DNA from: a virus
Direction: 5' to 3' (one strand)
Length of the DNA stretch: 62,786 nucleotides
IMG/VR virus record: IMGVR_UViG_3300035429_000044
Location: 1-62,786 of that record
Shown here one piece after another: positions 19,001-27,963 of this stretch. The notes beneath the pieces are model-generated. The model made no database searches and was not told the DNA's origin. It saw only the letters and a list, made by a program, of their open reading frames with translations. The stretch's first letter is position 1, and each line of letters starts with the position of its first letter. The position numbers and the translations under genes were made by a program.

Positions 19001-21890
19001 TAGCGGCCTGCACTGGTTCAGGCAGTTTCGCGAACGCGTTCGCCACCGATTCAGCAGCCTTGGCCATCGACTGAATCAACGGAGCCGCAGCACGCAACGA
19101 CGAAGCCAACGTGCCACCGAACGTCTTCGACAATTGGCCGGCAGTGGTCAACAACTGGGAGAACATCGGCGCCACATCACCAAGCGCATCGAACACCGTC
19201 TGGAACCCACTGGACACGCCCGACGAAAAATCGGAGATGCCCGTCTTCGACCGGGCCAGCAGACGACTGATGTTCGAAGCGAACGAACCGATCGTGGAAC
19301 CGGCATTACGGAACACGTCAGCAGTGGTGGAACGCAGCTCATACGCCGCATCGCCAATCGCGGAGAACGAGCCACGCATGTTCTCCTTGGCGTCAGCGGC
19401 ACCAGCGGCCCACGCCTGCAACGTCTCTTGGAACCTCACGCTGTTCACCGCGTCAGCGGCATGTTCCACAGCGGTGCTGAACCCTTCAAGCCCGTTCTGT
19501 TGTTCGGCAAGCCCCCGATACAAGCCGGACGCAATATCAATCACACCCTGAAAAGCGGTCTTCAAATAGCCGGCCTGTTCAACGACCTGAGCCATCGACT
19601 TGTTGATCTCACCACTCAGCCGCGCATTGTTCACCCACCGGGAGAACTGTTCAGCCAAATCGGAAACATAGGTAGCCGCACGGGGAAGATACGTGCTCGT
19701 GGAATCACTCAACTCAAGGAACGATTTCACAACCGATTCCACACCCGGCACCAGATTCTCGATGGACTTGTTCACATCCGTGAACACGCTCCCCAACTGG
19801 CCTATCTTGTTGGATTGCGTGACCATCTTCAACATGCCGTTGAACACGTCAGCCTCAAGCTCAGCCAGCTTCCGCATCTGCGGGCCGACCACATCACCTA
19901 CAGCATTCGCGAACTCCTTGAACGCCGGAGCCGCCTTGCCATAGAACGCTTCCTGTAGCTTCTCACCCAAGCCTTCCAACGCCGTACCGGCAAGATTGAT
20001 GTTCTCACTCCACGCCTTGCCCTTGTCGCCAATAATCATGCGCAGGGAGGCGTACGCGACACCAAGGCCAGCCAATGCGGACGGGGCTGCGAGAGCCGCC
20101 TTGCTCATCGACACAATGGACGCCCCAACACCAAGCACACTGCCGGACAAGTTGATTGCCCCAGCACCGATACCCGCCATCGCGGTACCCAACGCGCTCA
20201 CCTTGGGAATGATCGTGTCGAAGTTGTCGAACAGGTTCACCAAACGGTCGAACTGGTTCTGCACACCCTTGATACCTGTCGCCCCAGCGGTCATACCGCT
20301 GAGAATCTTACCCAAATCCGTGCCGTGGAACTTCGCGAAGATGTCCACCGTGCGGGGCCGCGTGAAATACGCGAGATGGGCGCGCGCCAACGCGGTTTCC
20401 AAATCCACGTCCATGTCGAGCTTGTCATAGTCGTTCTGCAAGTCCCGCAGCTTACGACGCGCGTTCGCCTCGTCAATGTCTACATTCGACTTGACTTCCC
20501 AATCCATGTCAGGATTGCGGCGAATCTGCTCGATAAGACGCTTGCGTTCCGCTATCGCGTTCTCATAATCCACCTTCAAATCAACGGGAATGTTCACACG
20601 CTTGTGCTCAAGCTCGAACAGTTCACGTTCCAACCGTTCCAACGCTGCCTGCTGCGCGTTGACACGCACCTCAACCTCAACGTCACGCTGCAAACGAGCC
20701 AACTCAGCCTGCAATGCGCCCTTATCGAGTTCTGCCTTGAACTTGATTGTCGCACTCGGATTGTCCCGAACCTTGAGCAACGCCTTCTGCAACTCGTCCA
20801 CACGCCTGGTCATGGCGTCCAAGTCCTTGACATGGCCCTTGGTGTCCACGAACTGCAACTTGCTCAACGAGCGACGCAACCCGTCCACATTGCCCTCGGT
20901 CTTGAGCAACGACTTCGAGAGCTCACGCTGCCGGTCAATGTGGCCGGCCACCTGTTCGGACGCCTTGCGGAACACGTCGGCGTTCCGTTTCAGGTCACGT
21001 TCCAACCGCTGATAGCTCAACCCGTTACGGTCAATGAGCATGTCCTTCGTACGAAAGACATTGTTCAGCTTGTCCTCAGCCGCAGCTTCAGCCAACACCG
21101 ATTTCGTGGTGCTCTTGACGAGCTTGCGCTGCTCACTGATCTTCCCATTGACCTTATCAAGCTCATGCGCATTCTTCGCCATAAACTTCGAATGCTCACG
21201 CGCGAGCTTCGCCGCCTCACGCTCCTGCCGGCGAATCTCATTACCCAACTGGGTGTATTCGCTGCGCAGACGCTTCACTTCCGCACTGGCCGCACGATAC
21301 TCGTCACTGTTGCGCTTGAACGAATCACGACGCAGTTTCGCCGCGTCCAACGCATTCCCAAGCTGTTTATGCGCTTCGATGTTACGGCTGATCTCACCAC
21401 GCACCGCCGTGAGACTATCCTTGTAGGAAGCCATATGGTTCCACTTATCGAACCACACCGCGTCACGCGCTGCATTAAGCTCGCGCAGCTTCGCAACCTG
21501 CTTGCGCTGCTCACGCACCGCATCGGTATCCATCGCCTTGAGCGCGTTCGCATGGTTCTGGCGCATCTTGTCGAACGAGTCGGCCAAACCCTTGTCGAAC
21601 CGTGTCGTGTCGGCCTTCACGTCAATCTGCGCCATCGACGTCATCTCGGCCAGTTCACGGTGCACGCGGTCGAACGCGCGCGTATTCACACGCACATCGA
21701 AATCAATCGTGCCACCCGAACGCTGCAACCGTTCAATCTGCTGGCGCGCGCCCATCGTGTCCAAATCCGAATCCAAATGGATCGTCTGGTCATCCAGACG
21801 TTCCAACATGGCCTTCACCTTACGGTAGAAGCCACGCGTCTCCGGTTCAAAAGCAATATAGACGGTACCCGCCTTGAATCCGTCAGCCAT
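16074..21890 (-). CDS. Tail tape measure protein (1938 aa)
   Basis: It has very long helical repeats, a central hydrophobic Gly/Ala-rich block, and a position after the G/GT chaperones. Confidence 0.9.
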   Translation of the reverse strand: MADGFKAGTVYIAFEPETRGFYRKVKAMLERLDDQTIHLDSDLDTMGARQQIERLQRSGGTIDFDVRVNTRAFDRVHRELAEMTSMAQIDVKADTTRFDKGLADSFDKMRQNHANALKAMDTDAVREQRKQVAKLRELNAARDAVWFDKWNHMASYKDSLTAVRGEISRNIEAHKQLGNALDAAKLRRDSFKRNSDEYRAASAEVKRLRSEYTQLGNEIRRQEREAAKLAREHSKFMAKNAHELDKVNGKISEQRKLVKSTTKSVLAEAAAEDKLNNVFRTKDMLIDRNGLSYQRLERDLKRNADVFRKASEQVAGHIDRQRELSKSLLKTEGNVDGLRRSLSKLQFVDTKGHVKDLDAMTRRVDELQKALLKVRDNPSATIKFKAELDKGALQAELARLQRDVEVEVRVNAQQAALERLERELFELEHKRVNIPVDLKVDYENAIAERKRLIEQIRRNPDMDWEVKSNVDIDEANARRKLRDLQNDYDKLDMDVDLETALARAHLAYFTRPRTVDIFAKFHGTDLGKILSGMTAGATGIKGVQNQFDRLVNLFDNFDTIIPKVSALGTAMAGIGAGAINLSGSVLGVGASIVSMSKAALAAPSALAGLGVAYASLRMIIGDKGKAWSENINLAGTALEGLGEKLQEAFYGKAAPAFKEFANAVGDVVGPQMRKLAELEADVFNGMLKMVTQSNKIGQLGSVFTDVNKSIENLVPGVESVVKSFLELSDSTSTYLPRAATYVSDLAEQFSRWVNNARLSGEINKSMAQVVEQAGYLKTAFQGVIDIASGLYRGLAEQQNGLEGFSTAVEHAADAVNSVRFQETLQAWAAGAADAKENMRGSFSAIGDAAYELRSTTADVFRNAGSTIGSFASNISRLLARSKTGISDFSSGVSSGFQTVFDALGDVAPMFSQLLTTAGQLSKTFGGTLASSLRAAAPLIQSMAKAAESVANAFAKLPEPVQAAIGLWATFGRAGMSAFNSLKVGILETTANMLQYRKMLNGLGLEAKGVGIGMKDALSGFASASPALSSVTGAVAQATGAFGKFKALAGGLFSAVNWPVAGVIAAVGAVGAALSDMSSKAASNQQIVDDIASAFGRLADEGYDASTSMNAVQQSLRDALNNPDLGEHSWLDDVFNGVADTTEAMRTLGITTEQAIGVASGSTKEYQKEFDRLTDIITQGTQVQGMYGSTTSGTRVVMTDAAESAKKYRQSMEALRKKYIDAAEETAKANGYTEGYAKSLIEAGISSDQLAVKIATQEQRQKMVAQATRMHVDSLNDQRVAARNAMSAASNYQATLSGMQDTVARVKELTNDQNKVWDETSTLLPGVEGAFNTMSESGRLAQQSLETLGSSAYDVMEKMVESGSSAEQVTAATSRMRDEFIQTAIDMGVPQKAAEQLAQQYGLIPEQVDTLIKVHADEAKSMIELFVSNLRAAFPDDDGKTFDMVMNLVMNGDIKTIDEAYKKVQELRNNPDVNMLLSVTDDNASGKIDDIKSALKGLGIDWPANIDVRSEEGKAKLADIQNKLRELGMSDAQIKLICDTLTAEHGWLGLLDEINNSKAKQKVDADTDPAKAKMSAFINDNSAMKTIPADLSLDEAESKVNAFAAVAVKKPVQTEVEQPSIVSTIASIGSIIGSLFIPPAKVRVEGDDTDARTKIGAMQAFGGQTLASMLALILGDDTQARNAIGGVSAFNGMTIANPWARVLGENVLASLAINAIAAFGGRTLSKPWTRVQGENTMARMAIMLIQAFNGRTIAKPWARVDGDASGANAVISAIASTNGSVIATRYVDIVTRGSGEVHAATGGRIHGPGTGTSDSIPAMLSNNEHVIRAASVAKLDREVGPNFLNVLNRTGDVNKALANASNRYLASAVSLARGAYATGGRVQKALSQDSMTVVIDGGKTVNQTFNVSTKIVRSDQDLHAAAQIDRAALMRTARREARL

Positions 21891-21919
21891 ACACGCCCCC
21901 TAACCAAACAACCTTGTAG

Positions 21920-21995
21920 TGTCCATGACCGGACTCGAACCGGCATCGCCCCAGACGTACTCCGGGGCGCGCAACTACCAATTAGCTACATGGAC
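21920..21995 (-). tRNA. tRNA-like element with a non-canonical anticodon arm (possible pseudo-tRNA)
   Basis: Acceptor GTCCATG/CATGGAC, D-arm GCTA-ATTGGTAG-TTGC and T-arm GCCGG-TTCGAGT-CCGGT are canonical. The anticodon arm is an 8-bp stem (CGCCCCGG/CTGGGGCG) with loop AGTACGT, lacks U33, and leaves only 2 nt of variable region. Confidence 0.45.
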
Positions 21996-22043
21996 GAAAC
22001 AGGGCAGGGAACAGTCCTCAACAACCATTCCCCGCCCCGACAA

Positions 22044-22924
22044 TCACGCACCCACACTTTCGGAAAGATGCGTTTTACCCTTCGCTGCCGCGATCCTCAC
22101 GAACTCAGCAGCAGACACCTCACCACGCTTGGTCTCACGTGGCGGCGTATAGAACGGAGGCTGCACCACACTTGGCTCAACCTTGCGACGCTTCTTCCCA
22201 TCACTGGATTGCGCCACAACCCACGCCTCCAACGTGTTCCGCACATCAGCAAGCAGCATCGTCGGGGAATCCCACCCAAGCCAAGGCAACACCACAGGCT
22301 TCGCCTTATCTTCACCCTTGGAATCGAACTCCCCCGCCTCCGTCTGCTCCTGCAACACGCGAGCCCGGTACAACGAATCCGGCCACGCGGCCAAACCAGC
22401 CACAAGCCGTATCGCACGCACCGGGTTCAACCGTGGCCCCGTCACGATATCCAACCCATAGAAGCGTTGGAAATCAGCGGTAAGTTCTACTTCGTACTTG
22501 TCGAAGAGGTCTTCGACCGCACGGATTTTCCCAACTGGTCCGCATAGAACTGCACCACCACAAGCAACACCAGGAACAACGTGTTCACATCAATACCACT
22601 GGTGAACTCGTCCACCTTGGCAGGCTCCTCCGTGATGGTCTTAAGGAACGCGATCATGTCACGCAACGCGGCCACACGCTCCTCGACCATATCAACCGCA
22701 GTCGAATCATCATCGTTACGGGTCGAATCATTGTACGCGACATACATGCGGGTACGCACCTGTTCGAAACGCGCCGACACATCGAACGTGAACTGTTCGG
22801 CCGGCAACAATACAGGCAGTCCCGCAAGCAGCGGATTCTGCTCTACGAGCGCTTCCCACGTTTGCGGGAACTCGACTTCTTCTTTGTCTTCTTTCGTGTC
22901 TTGCACGCCATTGGCAGCACTCAT
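22044..22924 (-). CDS. Tail assembly chaperone frameshift product (gpGT-like)
   Basis: A -1 slip at GGGAAAA joins the G frame to the frame of ORF 22044..22454. The junction reads ..QLGK/IRAVEDLFDKYEVELTADFQRFYGLDIVTGPRLNP.., a typical gpT sequence. Confidence 0.7.
22487..22924 (-). CDS. Tail assembly chaperone (gpG-like)
   Basis: An ATG at 22924 has a GGGAGA RBS (the track start at 22948 is a TTG). 145 aa, acidic, upstream of the TMP. Confidence 0.75.
   Translation of the reverse strand: MSAANGVQDTKEDKEEVEFPQTWEALVEQNPLLAGLPVLLPAEQFTFDVSARFEQVRTRMYVAYNDSTRNDDDSTAVDMVEERVAALRDMIAFLKTITEEPAKVDEFTSGIDVNTLFLVLLVVVQFYADQLGKSVRSKTSSTSTK
22526..22532 (-). promoter_or_regulatory. -1 programmed ribosomal frameshift slippery heptamer G_GGA_AAA
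   Basis: The plus strand reads ttttccc. The zero frame reads ttG GGA AAA, and I checked the frame arithmetic against both ORFs. Confidence 0.7.
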
Positions 22925-22957
22925 ACTTTCTCTCCCATCAGATTCCAACTCCCATCA

Positions 22958-23002
22958 GATAAAAGAAAACCCCACGCATGGATGGGAGAAACATGCGTGG
23001 GG
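22958..23002 (-). terminator. Intrinsic terminator after the major tail protein gene
   Basis: An 11-bp stem ccccacgcatg/catgcgtgggg is followed on the minus strand by TTTTCTTTT. Confidence 0.6.
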
Positions 23003-23050
23003 AAACACAATCAGACACGCGGCAACACCACGCGCCACACCATCAACAGA

Positions 23051-23641
23051 TCACTCGCCAGCGTCCTGGAGCAGCATGAACTCGAAATCATCCTTGCCGG
23101 TGCCCGGCGATTCCACCGTGAACACCACACCCTGCTCGATGAAATCACCGTTCAACTGCGGGCCACCGGACGGGGCGGCCTTCGTCTTCGGGAAATAGAA
23201 ACCAAACTCAGGGTTGGCCGCATTCTGCGCCTCCTGCGTGATGACCACAATCGCCAACGGCTTCGGATCGGAATTGATATTCGCACCAACACCATTCGTA
23301 GTGGCCCTGCCATTGAAAATGAGCTTGAGGGTTTCCGCATCCATCTGCAACGCGTTCGCCGTGACCGTCATCGAACCATCCGAACTCTTCTTCGTCTTCA
23401 GGTTCGACTTGAGCCAACTACGGAACGCCTCACTCTCACCACCCTCAAGACTGATCTCCAGCTTGTTCGAGTTCGACGTGTGACCAAGGTTTTGCCACTT
23501 CTTGCTCGCTTCGGTACTGGCGACTTCCGTATCGGTCAAATGGAACGCCTTCAAACCACCTGTCGGCAACGGGGTACCAACCTCCGCGTAGAACACCGTT
23601 CCATATTCGGCGAAAAACACCGAATCGTCATTGATTGCCAT
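23051..23641 (-). CDS. Major tail protein
   Basis: An ATG at 23641 (MAINDDSVFF..) has an AAGGA RBS. 196 aa, between the head-tail connectors and the chaperones, and followed by a terminator. Confidence 0.7.
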   Translation of the reverse strand: MAINDDSVFFAEYGTVFYAEVGTPLPTGGLKAFHLTDTEVASTEASKKWQNLGHTSNSNKLEISLEGGESEAFRSWLKSNLKTKKSSDGSMTVTANALQMDAETLKLIFNGRATTNGVGANINSDPKPLAIVVITQEAQNAANPEFGFYFPKTKAAPSGGPQLNGDFIEQGVVFTVESPGTGKDDFEFMLLQDAGE

Positions 23642-23762
23642 ATTGTGTCCTTTCAAACACGAAAGGCCACCACACCCCGAACCGGATGTGATGGCCTCCA
23701 ACTACAAGAAAACCCGCCCGCCAATGGCGGTACGGGTGGATTTCAGAATCTTCGATTATGGG

Positions 23763-24290
23763 TCAGGAAACACAATCCCTGACATGGAACTCGCACACTG
23801 AAGCGGTCGCATACTGCTTGATGCGCTTGGACGTGGCCTGCTTGCCGCCAGCCGCCTTCGCGAACGACGGGGGAACCATGACCTTCGTCACCTGCCCCCA
23901 TTCGGTCGCGTCCATCAACGGCCAACACATGACCAATTGACGCACATACGAGGCGAGCCTGAACGCCCTATCCACGTCCACGCTCTCCACCAGCACACTC
24001 ATGGAGCAATCCCACATGCGGGACCTATGGCGCCGCCCCGCGAACACTGGCGGCTCCACATGGAAGACGACCACATCCGTCGCTTGCGCGTACGCGTCCA
24101 CATCCACGTCGATCTCGTTGAACACGAGCACCTTCGGCAACCCGTCGGGAACCGTTTGGAACTCTCCACCGACCGACCCTTCGGGCGGTTGTTCAAACCC
24201 ACGGTTGAACAATTCCATGACCAGGCTTTCCGCATCCAACTGGGGCCTAAGCTCTGGGTGCACATTCAGGTCAATACGAGGACTTCCCAT
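23763..24290 (-). CDS. Head-tail joining / tail terminator candidate
   Basis: 175 aa. The call rests on position only. Confidence 0.45.
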   Translation of the reverse strand: MGSPRIDLNVHPELRPQLDAESLVMELFNRGFEQPPEGSVGGEFQTVPDGLPKVLVFNEIDVDVDAYAQATDVVVFHVEPPVFAGRRHRSRMWDCSMSVLVESVDVDRAFRLASYVRQLVMCWPLMDATEWGQVTKVMVPPSFAKAAGGKQATSKRIKQYATASVCEFHVRDCVS

Positions 24291-24295
24291 TGCGG

Positions 24296-24628
24296 TCAGC
24301 CTCCCCTCGCGGCCTTCTGCATCACATGATGCCCCTCAACGAACTTGCCGGCCTGCTTGTTCCAAGCGCCGAACTCGTGCGCCAACGTCACATCACTGCC
24401 ATCACGGCCAATGACCGTCATACCCACCGTCGTGTCAATACCGTGGTATTTGATACCGAACTCGATGCGGTCGGCGACCGAATGACCGGGGTTACGGCCG
24501 ATAGCCGCCGACGTGGCCAACGCCTTCGCACGGCCAAGCACACGCCTACCTTCCGCACGGGTGAGTTCAGGCCCGAACTCCTCAGCCACGCGACGACTCA
24601 GGTTGCGGTCGAGCCGGATTCGTACCAT
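24296..24628 (-). CDS. HK97 gp10-like head-tail connector
   Basis: 110 aa. The pattern ..RAKALATSAA..GHSVADRIEF...LAHEFG.. resembles gp10-family proteins. Confidence 0.5.
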   Translation of the reverse strand: MVRIRLDRNLSRRVAEEFGPELTRAEGRRVLGRAKALATSAAIGRNPGHSVADRIEFGIKYHGIDTTVGMTVIGRDGSDVTLAHEFGAWNKQAGKFVEGHHVMQKAARGG

Positions 24629-25146
24629 CCCAACACCCCCTTCGATTCACCCCACACTGGCGCATCCGGTGCAGGAACAGGCGGTTGCAGACGGAACCGT
24701 TCAGGAATCTGCGCCATATCAGCCGCACGACGCACACGCATCTCCCAATGGTGCGTCCTGCCATGCTCACGATGCTCGGCGGCACCATCCACGTCATAGA
24801 TGTCACCATCAATCCACACGAACGTGTGAATATCACCATGCCATTCACGCGCCAATATCTGCTTGACCGTGACCTCACGCAAACCACCAGACGACTGCGG
24901 GTTCTTATCCTCAGCCCCGGAAATCGAGAACATGCCCGCCTGCTGTTCACGTCCCTCAAGAGAACACCAACAGTAGAACGCGTCACTCCACTCATACGTC
25001 ACACCATGCGCGCTCCGCCTAATAGTGGACGGCGCAACGATGATCTTCGACGTATAGAACATGTCCGTCGGCTTGACGAACGGCTCATTCTCGAACGAAG
25101 AATCGACCGGCTCCTTGGGCTTGTCCGACGAAAACAAGTACGCCAT
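24598..25146 (-). CDS. Head closure / head-tail adaptor candidate
   Basis: 182 aa. The call rests on position in the connector block. Confidence 0.45.
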   Translation of the reverse strand: MAYLFSSDKPKEPVDSSFENEPFVKPTDMFYTSKIIVAPSTIRRSAHGVTYEWSDAFYCWCSLEGREQQAGMFSISGAEDKNPQSSGGLREVTVKQILAREWHGDIHTFVWIDGDIYDVDGAAEHREHGRTHHWEMRVRRAADMAQIPERFRLQPPVPAPDAPVWGESKGVLGWYESGSTAT

Positions 25147-25152
25147 TCGGCA

Positions 25153-25590
25153 TCACCTGCCATACGCTCGGTCAAGACCCAACGACACCGTTCCAAACGG
25201 GGCAGACCCTTCGGTAACCCCCGTCAGCAACGCCCGCTCCTTCTTCGTCACATGCAAATCCGGGCTGACCTCCCAACCGGGCGGGTTCATGTCCATGACC
25301 TGATCGGTACGCGTATACGCGCCGTTCGATTCGCTCTTACGCATCGACCAACGCGCCACACGCAACACCATCGCACAAATCACATACGTGAACGTGCGTT
25401 CGCTCAACGCGCCACTATTCAACCTGTAGCGGGCTGACGGGCACTCAGCGAACGCAATGTCACACGCAGTCAAACAATGCGGGATGATCCACTTTTCATC
25501 ATCCAAACGGTCAAGGAACACTTCAGGCGTGCCACCACCATACGTGAGTATTGCACCCACCCAATCAATGTCTTCAACATCAACGGCCAT
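25153..25590 (-). CDS. Head-tail connector candidate
   Basis: 145 aa, directly downstream of the major capsid gene. Confidence 0.45.
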   Translation of the reverse strand: MAVDVEDIDWVGAILTYGGGTPEVFLDRLDDEKWIIPHCLTACDIAFAECPSARYRLNSGALSERTFTYVICAMVLRVARWSMRKSESNGAYTRTDQVMDMNPPGWEVSPDLHVTKKERALLTGVTEGSAPFGTVSLGLDRAYGR

Positions 25591-25615
25591 CGCACACCCT
25601 CCTTCCCGACACAGG

Positions 25616-26677
25616 TCAGAGCACGTTCGCTTTGAACGTGGACACAGCCTGCTGGAGAATCGGCATGTACGAGCCGTTCACCCACACGTCGTAACGGGTA
25701 GGCGCCGCATCGCTCATGACCAGACCGATCATGCCGCTGTTGTCGGCACGGTTGATTCCATACTCCGGGTCGGCTGCCTCAACGGTCGGGCCGGACGCGG
25801 TGAAGCCAAGCGTCATGTCGTTGAAGCTGGAGAACATCAGGAACGTCGCGTCAGGGATCAGCGAGCTCACCGAGACCGGCAGCAGGATGCCATTGTCACG
25901 TTCCAACTGCGTGTACATCAGGTCAATCTCCTGAACGTCAGTCAGACCCACATAGGATGCAAGCACCTGACGGACATTGTCCGGGGAGATGAACGACGGG
26001 CTATTCGCCGCACTCTGACCAGTGAACGCGGTGATGATCTCCTCGTTCGTGGTCAACGCCTCGATGACAGCGCTTGTCGTAAGCACAGCGGACGGGGTGC
26101 GGCCGTGGTTGTCGGCCATCAGCTTGACCCACTTCTTGATGTCCTTCAACGGGGTGGCGCCAGACACATTCCACTTCTTCGTCGGCGCGACATTATGCAA
26201 CGCGGATGGACGCTCGAAATCATACGTGGCGTTGACGCCGTTCTCCTTGATGGAGATTTTCGCGTCCACCATCGCCGCGATACGCAACAGTTCCACCTTG
26301 ACAGCGGCCTCACGGCCCAACTGGTCGAACTGTTCCGACAGCTTGGCACGAAGGAACGTGTTGTCACCGGTACGGCCAACAAGGTCACGTTCGGAGATGT
26401 GCGCCTTCTTCGACATCGGAAGCAGGCCAGCATACTTCTCCACGCTCTGCTCGGTGGTCTTCAGGTATCCGGCTTCAGCATCCCATGCGCGCAGAAGCAT
26501 CGCGTCAATGGCAGGTGCAGGAATATACGGCGTCCATCGCACAGTCTTCTCACCATTGTTCGAGGTGACCGGCAGGACGCGGGAGAACGGCAGCTTCGCG
26601 TCAAGCGTGTTGAACGCTTCATCGGTGATACCCGACGCCGCCGAAGGGCTGAGAATCGTCTTCTCAACAGTAGCCAT
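25616..26677 (-). CDS. Major capsid protein (lambda gpE-like class, tentative)
   Basis: 353 aa. It lies after the scaffold and decoration genes and before the connectors. Confidence 0.8.
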   Translation of the reverse strand: MATVEKTILSPSAASGITDEAFNTLDAKLPFSRVLPVTSNNGEKTVRWTPYIPAPAIDAMLLRAWDAEAGYLKTTEQSVEKYAGLLPMSKKAHISERDLVGRTGDNTFLRAKLSEQFDQLGREAAVKVELLRIAAMVDAKISIKENGVNATYDFERPSALHNVAPTKKWNVSGATPLKDIKKWVKLMADNHGRTPSAVLTTSAVIEALTTNEEIITAFTGQSAANSPSFISPDNVRQVLASYVGLTDVQEIDLMYTQLERDNGILLPVSVSSLIPDATFLMFSSFNDMTLGFTASGPTVEAADPEYGINRADNSGMIGLVMSDAAPTRYDVWVNGSYMPILQQAVSTFKANVL

Positions 26678-26698
26678 AGGTTAATTCCTTTCAGATAT

Positions 26699-26726
26699 GC
26701 AAAAACCCGCCACAATGGGCGGGTTT
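26699..26726 (-). terminator. Hairpin plus U-run between the decoration and capsid genes
   Basis: The minus strand reads aaacccgcc-cattgt-ggcgggttt followed by TTGC. Confidence 0.45.
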
Positions 26727-26753
26727 CAAAACTCAATGCCTGTAATCGCGGCC

Positions 26754-27275
26754 TCACGCACCGACACCCGGCACAGCAGCAGCAACCGTGTTGGGAAGAC
26801 GCTTCGTGGTGCCGGTCTCCGGGTCAACAGACACGAAATCACCATTCCACGCAACCGTTTCAGCCGGAACGACCGGCAGGTTCTTGACAATCACATTGCC
26901 ACGGAAACGCATGCCGACCACTTCACTGTCCTCGACCTCCCAGCCGCCGACGGTCACGTTCACCTTGATCTGCGATTCCAACAAGCCTGCGACACGTTCC
27001 TGACGGCCGTCACTCGCTTCCGGGTCATACGGGCCATACAAACCATTCGACGCGCCGGACGTAATCAAGGCGAGCGGAAGGCCGGACTTGATGTACACTT
27101 CGGTCGCGGAATCATCCATTCCCGTCAGGTACTTCTCCTTTTTGGCCTTGGTCGCGTTGGAGAACGTGGCAAGATCAAGGGTGATGCTCACCGTGCCAGG
27201 CAACTGTTCGCCATAACGCCAAGTCTGGTCGTCTGCGATAGTGCGCACACCCGTGCCGTGAATCATGTTGACCAT
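26754..27275 (-). CDS. Head decoration protein candidate
   Basis: 173 aa, between the scaffold and major capsid genes. Confidence 0.5.
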   Translation of the reverse strand: MVNMIHGTGVRTIADDQTWRYGEQLPGTVSITLDLATFSNATKAKKEKYLTGMDDSATEVYIKSGLPLALITSGASNGLYGPYDPEASDGRQERVAGLLESQIKVNVTVGGWEVEDSEVVGMRFRGNVIVKNLPVVPAETVAWNGDFVSVDPETGTTKRLPNTVAAAVPGVGA

Positions 27276-27306
27276 GAAAAACTATCCTTTCGAAACTTGT
27301 GGTTGA

Positions 27307-27933
27307 TTATTTGCCGGACGCCACGCCCTTATGGGCGCGCTCAAGACGTTTCTCCGCGAACTTTCGGGCGATTTCACGGCCGTCTTCCTCGGATTCGACC
27401 GCGCCCTTCATCTTCCCGCCGCCAATCTGATTCGCACGAATCGCGGCCTGCACTTCCGGCATGGACGAACCGATATGCACCGGCTTATTTTCCTCGGCGG
27501 GACGCTCAGTCTCTTCTTCCTGCTCTTCTGGTTCGGTCTTCGCCTGTTCAGGCACAAGACCAGCGAATGCAGAAGCCCACGCCTCAACCCCTTCGGGAGT
27601 GTCAGCGGCGCACAGTTTGTCGAACATCTCGTCAGTGATCTGCGGATGCTCACGCTGCGCTGTCAGACGGGCGATACGCATGTTCGCCTCACTCAACTGC
27701 GCGTTGATACTGTCGCGTTCCTTGGCGGCTTTCTTGAAATCGTTCTCGTTCTTGCGGCTCATGCGCTTCCAATGCTCAAGGTCGCTTTCTGGAGTGTCGT
27801 CTTCCGGCGTGTTCACACCGGGGTCAGTTACCGTGTCCGGCTTGGATGTGTCGATGTTCTTCGGCACACCAATGGTGTCGGGTTCCTCGACCTTTGCGGT
27901 TGCAGTGGTTCCCTCGGTATTGTTCTCAGACAT
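27307..27933 (-). CDS. Capsid scaffolding protein
   Basis: 208 aa, highly charged and helical (E/K/A-rich), between the MuF-like and capsid genes. Confidence 0.65.
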   Translation of the reverse strand: MSENNTEGTTATAKVEEPDTIGVPKNIDTSKPDTVTDPGVNTPEDDTPESDLEHWKRMSRKNENDFKKAAKERDSINAQLSEANMRIARLTAQREHPQITDEMFDKLCAADTPEGVEAWASAFAGLVPEQAKTEPEEQEEETERPAEENKPVHIGSSMPEVQAAIRANQIGGGKMKGAVESEEDGREIARKFAEKRLERAHKGVASGK

Positions 27934-27963
27934 GTCGTCCTTTCGATTGATGTCTTTTCCCTA

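Noticed and set aside
16137-22547. Very long + strand ORFs (804 aa, 467 aa, 740 aa) antisense to the tape measure gene
   Set aside because: They have Arg/His/Leu/Thr-rich low-complexity translations, no RBS, and lie fully inside a gene with clear function. This is the typical stop-codon-poor antisense artefact of high-GC DNA.
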